Source: Marinicella sp.
GTDB lineage: Bacteria > Pseudomonadota > Gammaproteobacteria > Xanthomonadales > Marinicellaceae
DNA length: 64,000 nt
Direction: 5' to 3'
Assembly: GCA_965230295.1 (NCBI GenBank)
Contig: OZ246001.1
Coordinates: 3,808,001 to 3,872,000 of the forward strand
The first letter of the stretch is position 1; every line of letters begins with the position of its first letter. Under the pieces are notes generated by a model. It did no database searches and was not told where the DNA came from. It saw nothing but the letters and a program-made list of their open reading frames with translations. Shown piece after piece: positions 33,845 to 41,735 of the stretch. Made by a program: the position numbers and the translations under genes.

Positions 33845-35206
33845 TTAGAAATATGAGTTGATTGCTTCGCCACCGAGATTAAAAATACTCAATAATTTTC
33901 TGGATTGTTTATTATCAAATTCAAAAATATCTTCAGGATAATAAACTGATAGTTTTAATTCATCTAATATGAATGTATATGGGCACCTGCATTCAAAGTT
34001 ATTTTGCAAGCCACCAACTATTTTACCATCGTCACTCTTTTTTGTTTGTTCCAAGAAAGATGACACGTACTTGAAAATACTGAGATAAGTGGTCCATAAA
34101 TCTATCTTATAAACCAACATTGATAGCTCCATAGGCATGCGATAGAACTTTAATTCTGATTTATCACAAATTACTTCATGTCTAATGAAAAACTGATGGA
34201 CTTGAGGTAGCTTAAGGCCACGACTAGTCATGTTGTTATATAAATCAGTAAAAACTGAAGCAGACCTATCTTCTGGCACATAATGACCATCATGAAGTAG
34301 CTTAATTAACTCTAGTGTGTTTGTCTTAATGTGGGCACTTGTTAAATCAGCGGTGTTGTTTTTAAGTAAGCATCTAATTTTTGATAATGATTTTTGGGTT
34401 ACTCTAACTTTTTGCTTATCTAGAGCACTCCAATAGTCATTTTCATTCACAAATCTGGACATATTGTCATCAGTTGTAACAGTATATTTTTGCTTGTTAA
34501 TTCGATAAAAAGGAACTTTTAACTCTTGAGCAAGTTGTTTCTCTGATTCAAATAAATCACCTTCCTTTGCCATTACAGATAAATTGAAAATGTGGTTATT
34601 ATTAATAACAGGCTTTGGAGTGAAAAACTGTGTATCTAAATACAGTTCAAATTTTGGCAGATACTTTTTCGAACGTCTTATGATTGAGTTTAAGAAATGG
34701 ACTTGGTCAAATTTTTCGTCACATGGTATTTTATTTGATTTGACTATTTGATTATCTAATTTTGTACCACAGGAACTACAGCCTCTTGATATTAAGTCAT
34801 GAGACATAGGCCAGTGAATTCCACATACATGACAGTTTGTTATTAAATCAGCATCATGAATAGGGCACTTTAGTAACCAAGGTTCATCAAATAGTTTTGT
34901 ATGAAACCCAATCTCAGCGCATTCTGGGCAATGCTTTAGTGGTCTATATCCTTTTTGTAATAAAAGATTCAACCTTTGATCTGATGGAATGTTTGATCTT
35001 TCATACATACTAGCAAGCAATGCAGGCTTGTATGCAATCAGTTTAGAATTAATAAATAGCTCACTTCCTTTGATGCCGACGTTCTTGAATTCTTTAATGA
35101 CTTTGCAGATAGAATTTAACCTTTGATTTGCAATAAGAAACCTGCGATAAGCGGAGTAGGGGCTTTCTCCTGGTCTTTTCAGCATTTGGCCAGTATTAAT
35201 CATCAA
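33845..35206 (-). CDS. TniQ/TnsD-like target-selector protein
   Basis: PGESPYS N-terminal motif; Zn ligands CPEC...GFH...W..CPIH...CHVC...CSSC; follows the AAA ATPase gene. Confidence 0.72.
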   Translation of the reverse strand: MMINTGQMLKRPGESPYSAYRRFLIANQRLNSICKVIKEFKNVGIKGSELFINSKLIAYKPALLASMYERSNIPSDQRLNLLLQKGYRPLKHCPECAEIGFHTKLFDEPWLLKCPIHDADLITNCHVCGIHWPMSHDLISRGCSSCGTKLDNQIVKSNKIPCDEKFDQVHFLNSIIRRSKKYLPKFELYLDTQFFTPKPVINNNHIFNLSVMAKEGDLFESEKQLAQELKVPFYRINKQKYTVTTDDNMSRFVNENDYWSALDKQKVRVTQKSLSKIRCLLKNNTADLTSAHIKTNTLELIKLLHDGHYVPEDRSASVFTDLYNNMTSRGLKLPQVHQFFIRHEVICDKSELKFYRMPMELSMLVYKIDLWTTYLSIFKYVSSFLEQTKKSDDGKIVGGLQNNFECRCPYTFILDELKLSVYYPEDIFEFDNKQSRKLLSIFNLGGEAINSYF

Positions 35207-36165
35207 ACTAACTCAACTTCATCAGGAATCAAGCCAGAAGCATTTATACTGGCTTCTACCATCTGGCTCATTAGAATAGGGTCATTGACTCCGTTGTTGG
35301 GAATAAAATCAAACAACAATATACGAATCATGGATAGAAAGTATTGAATGGGCCATGACTCTATTCCAGCTTCTTTACGAAAGCATTCCTCATAAACTTG
35401 CCAGATGATTTCTGTAATATCAATTAATCTCCAGTCATCAGACACTTCCTGATTCCATAGGTATTCTTTGGTATACGAGTTTTTCTTTGTAAACAAATAT
35501 TTTTGATCAATCTCACTTAAACATGCCTTCAGTTCTATTTCCTTTCTGATTCCATAGAAATTATGAAATTTCAATAAAAACCGTCCCCTTATCAATTCAT
35601 ACTGTGGGTTTTCTTTCATCTTGTCTAATAACTGTACCGAAGCAGAATGATTCCCAACAAAGAAAATCGAAAGATGAATCCCAAAATTCATCAATCCATC
35701 ATAGAGTTCAGCAAATACTTCAAACTGTTTAGGCCTAAGTCTTTGCATTTCATCAATAAAAAGAATCAGATTATGAGGAGTTTTAGAATTAGTCGCAGAC
35801 TCACCAAGAAAATAAATCAAATCATTAGCCATAATGTCTGCGCGAGTATTCTCAGTTATTGATAGTTCAGCTGAATAGCACAGCTGCCTAAGTATTCCTG
35901 TAATGGTTCCTACATCTCTTGGTGCTATAGAAGTGAAATGGCAATTAATTTTTTGATTTCTTCTTGTGTATATTCGATCTTTGACATGCTGTATTGCCGA
36001 GGTTTTTCCAATTCGGTTAGAACCAAGAATGACCCCTCCAGAGAAGCCATTCAAATGCCATTTATGGATGACCTCAGACAGTTCATCAATCATCGGAGTT
36101 GTTATAAAAAACTCCTTTAGATTCATCATCTGATCATAAATATTTGAGGAGCCATCATTACTCAT
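35203..36165 (-). CDS. TnsC/TniB-like AAA+ ATPase
   Basis: Walker A GSNRIGKTS, Walker B ILFIDEMQRL, sensor FFVGN, Arg finger IRGRF; ATGA overlaps with both neighbours. Confidence 0.85.
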   Translation of the reverse strand: MSNDGSSNIYDQMMNLKEFFITTPMIDELSEVIHKWHLNGFSGGVILGSNRIGKTSAIQHVKDRIYTRRNQKINCHFTSIAPRDVGTITGILRQLCYSAELSITENTRADIMANDLIYFLGESATNSKTPHNLILFIDEMQRLRPKQFEVFAELYDGLMNFGIHLSIFFVGNHSASVQLLDKMKENPQYELIRGRFLLKFHNFYGIRKEIELKACLSEIDQKYLFTKKNSYTKEYLWNQEVSDDWRLIDITEIIWQVYEECFRKEAGIESWPIQYFLSMIRILLFDFIPNNGVNDPILMSQMVEASINASGLIPDEVELV

Positions 36166-38066
36166 CTTTTTTCTCCTTTGAATAAACCTCTGTTCCATTC
36201 GAAAGGGTTGTGTGATTTCCCGGTTTGAGTAAGATCTACTTCGTGATTGCTGTTGTTATTAAAATCATTTATTTCATCATCAGTTTTAAGGTGGTCAAAG
36301 GTGTTTATGCTTGAATTAAACTCTTTGGCCAGCCTCACTATTTCTAATGCTTCGCTAGGAAGGTGCTTGTCTCTCATGTGAATATCAAACATATTTCTGA
36401 GGGGATCTTTCAGTTTCAGGTTTTCCTTTCTGGTATATTTTGAGATTCTTTTTTTGGTTCTAAGCGAGAATGGGTGAGACTGCCAAGAAAGTGGAGCCAT
36501 CAAAGCTCCAAGAGATGTTCCATCTTCCTTAAATGCTTCAACCACTCTCAAGTCCCTTCTGTCAAAACGGATGGTTATTTTCTGATTTTCTAATTCAGAC
36601 TCGTTCAATCCTTCTCCAACATACCGAAGCCCATTAAAACTGATTTCTGGTGCTCGATTGTCACTTTTATACCAACATATTTTTCTGGTGTCTTGAGATA
36701 CAAATGGGCCTATGTTGTCTTCCCTCATTGCATAATTAATCCTTAGTGGATGACGTTCGTTTTGATATTTCAGATAATCTAATGGTGAAAGACCTCCCAA
36801 GCGCTCACGAGGCCGAGTGTTCTCAGCTGACACGACTACACTGATAACTTCTTCTAGTGTGCGCAGGGAAAAAGTAGGAACCTTCTTTGTATTAGATTTT
36901 GTTTCTTTAAGAGGATCTAAAACATGGGAGCCAGTTGTTGATGGAAAACGATGAATAATTTCATTTAATAATTTAAATGCGTACTCAATTAATTGTCTAC
37001 TCTTAGGATTTGCTGGTAAACCATAATTGAGGGTTGCTCCCAATGTAATTAAAACATAATCTTTTATACTCTTAGCCCTATGGCATTTTGCATTATCAAG
37101 TCCTACAATGCCAATTGATCGAAATTGAAACTCCTCATCCAGAGCACTTGGTAAACATGCACCCAATTGATATTCTAGCCCTGGTGTTTTCAATTCCATT
37201 GGCTCCCATTTTTCGTTTAGAAAACTGAATAAATTCAATAAGTCATCTTGATTAGGTTCTTTGGTGTAGCACAAAAAGTAAGAAAGAATACAATCAGATG
37301 CAACATCTTTCATCATAAATAAAGAAAGTCGCGAGAGCTTTAATGTTTTAATTACTCCATTATCATCAATAGCTATATTTACTTTTATATCTGTTAACTG
37401 AGAATCCAGTTGTATTTTTTGAAATGGCAGGAGGTCAATAATTTGAGTCTGGTTAATTGACCGCTGTTTTTTCTTCTTTGGCATGCGGTATTTATTAACC
37501 AATTTATGAAAATACCTTCTACAACTTTCTAATGCCTTGTTAGACTGATCGAAAGGATATTGATCATCAGGCCAGTTTAAGTCTTCCAACTCTGCTAGAA
37601 ACGCTTTATGAAAACTTTTTGGGGTCATGTTTTCTGCATTAGGATCCCTTCGCACAAACGCTTTTACTTTGTTCTTGAGTCTTTCGGTCATTTCTATGTT
37701 TTCCTCAAGAATTTTAGTAAATGAACCTCGAGCTCCTGAACATTTATGCTTACTTAAAGATTTTTTTCTTTTTCCATTATTTATTTTTTGACCTGGAATC
37801 AATGCTTTAGTTAAAGGTTGATCGTCATCCTCATAACCTGCCAATGCTCTACTCATTAAACGGCTTATTGCTGAAACCGAGATATTTTCCTCATCAGCTA
37901 TATCTTTAAACCTAATACCTAACAGTACTTTTATTACAATCCGTTGATTTCTTAAAAATTTTGTTCTTTTAACCCCCTTAAATTTCTTATGGTTTACTTT
38001 CGGCCAATTTTTATAATCTCTAAGTAGTGGAGAATACTGAAGCCGGAGTAACCATGTTAACCACAT
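36162..38066 (-). CDS. TnsB/TniA-like DDE transposase
   Basis: N-terminal HTH; IQLDS / GLDNAKCH / RQLIEYAF (D-D-E); LGGLSPL; Mu-like C-terminal barrel ITIRFDRRDLRVV. Confidence 0.82.
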   Translation of the reverse strand: MWLTWLLRLQYSPLLRDYKNWPKVNHKKFKGVKRTKFLRNQRIVIKVLLGIRFKDIADEENISVSAISRLMSRALAGYEDDDQPLTKALIPGQKINNGKRKKSLSKHKCSGARGSFTKILEENIEMTERLKNKVKAFVRRDPNAENMTPKSFHKAFLAELEDLNWPDDQYPFDQSNKALESCRRYFHKLVNKYRMPKKKKQRSINQTQIIDLLPFQKIQLDSQLTDIKVNIAIDDNGVIKTLKLSRLSLFMMKDVASDCILSYFLCYTKEPNQDDLLNLFSFLNEKWEPMELKTPGLEYQLGACLPSALDEEFQFRSIGIVGLDNAKCHRAKSIKDYVLITLGATLNYGLPANPKSRQLIEYAFKLLNEIIHRFPSTTGSHVLDPLKETKSNTKKVPTFSLRTLEEVISVVVSAENTRPRERLGGLSPLDYLKYQNERHPLRINYAMREDNIGPFVSQDTRKICWYKSDNRAPEISFNGLRYVGEGLNESELENQKITIRFDRRDLRVVEAFKEDGTSLGALMAPLSWQSHPFSLRTKKRISKYTRKENLKLKDPLRNMFDIHMRDKHLPSEALEIVRLAKEFNSSINTFDHLKTDDEINDFNNNSNHEVDLTQTGKSHNPFEWNRGLFKGEKR

Positions 38067-38722
38067 AATTTCACCTCAGTATCATATGAAAACGGCCTCT
38101 CTTCTAAATTCATGATAACCATCCCTTTATGACATAATCTATAGAAAGCAATCTCATGAGCTTTTTTATTAAACCTATCATGCTGAGAAATGATGTCACC
38201 CAACTGCTGCTCTGGTGTAATGCTTAAGGAATCTAATATCTTATATTCTTGGTTCTGTGTTTCAATGTGACTGTTTATAACAAGAGCTCTGATAATTTCG
38301 AGCCAGTTAACAGCAAATATTTCTCTATCCAACACTTCTTCATTTGAGATAACCAAGAATTCAATATTTTCTCTTTTTAGGTAGGCTTTTAATGGGATTT
38401 GTATTCTCTGACTAAATTTACCCTTAGGTTTGAGTTCAACAATATATTTCTTGCCATTTTTTACATAGTAACAATCAGGGATATATGGCCTGTTTCCTAT
38501 TAAGAATTTGTGTGATTGAGGCACAAATCTTGTTACTTCAGGATCACTTTCTAAAATTGCCGCATGAAGAAATTCGCTCTTCGAATGAAATATTCCAACT
38601 TCTGGAAATTTAATGAATATTTGATAAAAACAATTACTGCCTTCTTCTATTTTTTTCGCGTCAGCCATATGCTGGAAAGGGGTTAATGTATCTGTTTTTA
38701 CTTTTAAATTACTAGTTTTCAT
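38057..38722 (-). CDS. TnsA-like endonuclease
   Basis: HSKSE...LESDPEVTRFVPQ, YIPD...IVELKP (PD-(D/E)xK), C-terminal winged helix. Confidence 0.78.
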   Translation of the reverse strand: MKTSNLKVKTDTLTPFQHMADAKKIEEGSNCFYQIFIKFPEVGIFHSKSEFLHAAILESDPEVTRFVPQSHKFLIGNRPYIPDCYYVKNGKKYIVELKPKGKFSQRIQIPLKAYLKRENIEFLVISNEEVLDREIFAVNWLEIIRALVINSHIETQNQEYKILDSLSITPEQQLGDIISQHDRFNKKAHEIAFYRLCHKGMVIMNLEERPFSYDTEVKLCG

Positions 38723-38760
38723 CTCTCAATAATTAGGAATAAAACATTTTTAATTTATCA

Positions 38761-38815
38761 AACAACAATATTTATTGGAAGTAACAACAATATTTTCTGT
38801 TGTTACAACATTTTA
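38761..38815. repeat. Repeat cluster upstream of tnsA (candidate TnsB sites or operator)
   Basis: AACAACAATATTT at 38761 and 38783, partial copy at 38804; perfect IR gtaacaaca/tgttgttac at 38781-38806. Confidence 0.6.
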
Positions 38816-38890
38816 TTGAAAAATTTTATAGCCAATGCTATATTGATAGTTGTAATTTTTTAAACGTATTAGTCGGAGCATGAAATCTTC

Positions 38891-39361
38891 ATGGTCGAAA
38901 AACAAAATAATGTAAAAGGTTACAAACCTGGCCAGGTTTGTGAGCTTATAGGTGAGAGCTATGAAACCCTAAGATATTGGAGAGAATACCTATACCCCAA
39001 ACCTCCCCAAATTCATTTCAGTTTGAATGATATTTTCATTTACCATTTCATAAAATCTTTTATTAAAGGAAAGAGAGTAGATGTCAACGAACTTGAAAAA
39101 GTAGAATGGAGAAAAATTTTACAAAGATGTAGTAGCTTGAGTGCTGAAGAGAAAAAGTCTTGCATTGCTGTATTTGACTTTCAGAGCAGAAAATTTTCTT
39201 TTATAACATCTATCAATCAAATAGATTTAAGCGATGACAGGTACACTTTTGTTTACATGAAAACAATTTTTAATCGATTTAATTTATCATTGCGAAAATT
39301 TGGAAATGCTAGGTCAAATATTGTTCCTATAGAAACCGGCCTTTTTATTGAAGCCTCTTAA
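38891..39361 (+). CDS. MerR-like/excisionase-like HTH protein divergent from tnsA
   Basis: YKPGQVCELIGESYETLRYWR...FSLNDI matches the MerR-type HTH. Confidence 0.65.
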   Translation: MVEKQNNVKGYKPGQVCELIGESYETLRYWREYLYPKPPQIHFSLNDIFIYHFIKSFIKGKRVDVNELEKVEWRKILQRCSSLSAEEKKSCIAVFDFQSRKFSFITSINQIDLSDDRYTFVYMKTIFNRFNLSLRKFGNARSNIVPIETGLFIEAS

Positions 39362-39574
39362 TATTGGTTGGGTTCGGCTAATATTATTTCTTAGTGATTT
39401 AATCCTGCTGAACTGCCCAATTAAATTTCTACCACATTCCATATTATTTTTTTATTTAAATAATGTGCATCTATGTTTAGTGCTATCTGGTTATCTATGT
39501 ACAATATATTGAGAAAATTTTTTTTAAAGGGAAAAGAGTGCTAGACAAGCTACTCATAAAAATGAGTATTTATT

Positions 39575-39825
39575 TTGAATAAAAAATATCGTTTAACATT
39601 GATGGTCATATCACTAATTACGATAATAACAATAGGACGTTTATCCACAGGATCATTTGACTTTTGGAGCACTCAATTCTGGTTTGTTTCTGGGGCTTTA
39701 TTACTTATATTACTAGCATTAATTGATCAACCACATTTTTCAAAAGACGCGAACATATTTGTTAACGGTTCGACTGCTCTTATTTCATTATTCGTCGTCC
39801 AATCCAATGATAGAGATAATTTTTG
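39575..39825 (+). pseudogene. 5' fragment of a membrane protein, truncated by fusion to an FG-GAP gene
   Basis: Three hydrophobic segments; after ...DRDNFW the DNA switches abruptly to FG-GAP sequence (gccggggattttaatggtgat) read in another frame. Confidence 0.65.
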
Positions 39826-41262
39826 GCCGGGGATTTTAATGGTGATGGCATCGACGACCTCATCATTGGCGCTTGCAGAGCTACCCCTGATGCTGTTAAT
39901 AATGCTGGGCGCAGCTATGTTGTTTTTGGCACACAATCTGGTTTATTTAACCCTTTGGCATTAAGCGATTTGGATGGTTCAAATGGGTTTGTCATAGATG
40001 GTCATATTCCTAATGGTTCATCAGGCAGATCGGTGGCATCCGCTGGAGATGTGAATAACGATGGCATTGATGACATTCTGATTGGTGCACCAGAAGCAAC
40101 AAATCAAGTTACACAAGCAGGCATTGTTTATTTGATTTATGGCTCAGATGAAGGTTTCTCTGCACAGCTGAACTTGAACGACCTGAATGGTATCAATGGG
40201 GCGGTCATAAACGGAAACTACATTCAAAGCCGTTTTGGCCATTCAGTGAATGCCGCCGGTGATGTCAATAACGACGGCATTGATGACATCATAATCGGTG
40301 CACCTGATGTTGATAGCAATGACGTTGTTAGATCTGGTGCTGCGTATATCATTTTTGGTCATGAGCAGGGGTTGATTCATCCTTTGGGTGTATCTGACCT
40401 GAATGGAATCAATGGTTTTGAAATTCGCGGAATAACACAAGAAAATTCAAGAATTGGATATTCAGTGGCTGAGGCTGGCGATGTCAATGCAGATGGCATC
40501 TCAGACATCATCATCGGTAGTGCCTATTTAGTAGGCCATATCGGCGATTTTAATGCCGGTCAGAGTTATGTTGTCTTTGGCAGTGATCAGCGGTTCCCAA
40601 ATCCGTTACAGTTATCTGAGTTAAGTGGAAGTAATGGGATCCAGATTTTAGGTGAACATGCAGATGATCAATCGGGATTTGCGGTGAGTGCTGCGGGAGA
40701 TATCAACCATGATGGCATTGATGATTTTGCCATCGGTGCTGTCGGTACGGATCATAATGGGTTAGAAAATTCAGGATCTGTGTATGTGATTTATGGGGGT
40801 CATTCAGAGCTTCCTCACCCTTTTAACCTGAGTTCAATCAATGGCGTTAATGGCTTTCGATTGGATGGAACTGATGCGAGAGCCAATTTTGGGAATGCAA
40901 TCAGTAAAGCACAAGACATTAACCTGGATGGCATGGATGACATCATTATTGGGGCTTTTACTGCACCTGTTCCCTCAGTGACTGATGCGGGCAAAGCATA
41001 TGTCATCTATGGCAGTGATCAACCCATAGGCCACCCCTTCAATCTTTCTGCTTTAAATGGGCTTAATGGATTTGCTGTTTTAGGGTCGGATAATGACAAT
41101 CTGGGGAGCAGCGTGAGCGGAATGGGAGATTTCAATAACGACGGAATTAGCGATCTGATTATTGGTGCTTTTAATGCGGCTGTTGAAGATCAAAGCCGTG
41201 CAGGAAAAAGTTATCTGATATTCGGTACCGAGCAGGCCCTTTTTGCCAATGGTTTTGACTGA
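39823..41262 (+). pseudogene. FG-GAP propeller gene lacking signal peptide and 5' end
   Basis: All 7 Ca-loop repeats present but begins mid-repeat at AGDFNGD; tail QALFANGFD. Confidence 0.8.
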
Positions 41263-41286
41263 CCCTATTAATCTATTTGCGAGCAT

Positions 41287-41363
41287 TGTGCCCGTATTGA
41301 AAGGATTACTGTGTTTCTCTCCCTCCTCTTCACAGTTAATTGACTCGATACGGGCACATTTTT
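41287..41363 (+). repeat. 3' hairpin element with CCTCCT loop
   Basis: 14-bp stem tgtgcccgtattga/tcgatacgggcaca, inner stem actgtg/cacagt, loop tttctctccctcctctt, T-tract. Confidence 0.65.
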
Positions 41364-41621
41364 ATGATGTCTAATCACAGTGCCAAGACACATGTTATAA
41401 ACGATTAAAATATTAAATACCGATGAGCCACAACGAGATAAACGGTTGCTTCCATGCTCCAACATCATCAAAGTCGAAAACTTGCAAATAAAGACTGAGT
41501 TAATTGAGCTGCCCTGACATTACAATTAACTGGTTTGAATCATCCAAGCTCCAAAACAAGCAGTCAAAAGGCGTCCCCCAGTGAGGTCTTTTTGTATTTG
41601 CATTCAATCAGGTAACAAGTA

Positions 41622-41648
41622 TGTAACAAAATTAATACCCATTGCATC
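41622..41648 (+). promoter_or_regulatory. Putative operator TGTAAC-N15-TGCATC
   Basis: 21-bp spacing; spacer nearly identical to the 31493 copy. Confidence 0.55.
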
Positions 41649-41735
41649 AAGCTTGATAACCGTTTTCCTTGCTTCTGCCTAAACTCAAGCCCATCCATCA
41701 AAGTGATGGGCTTTTTTACAAACAGGAGGAGACAA

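Larger units (their letters stand above)
32583..38722 (-). mobile_element. Tn7-like transposition operon tnsA-tnsB-tnsC-tniQ plus tyrosine recombinase-like gene
   Basis: Five co-directional genes that overlap or are 11 bp apart; AT-rich; element ends not firmly identified. Confidence 0.8.

Noticed and set aside
39575-39964. 129-aa membrane protein as an intact gene
   Set aside because: Its last third is out-of-frame FG-GAP sequence beyond the fusion junction.
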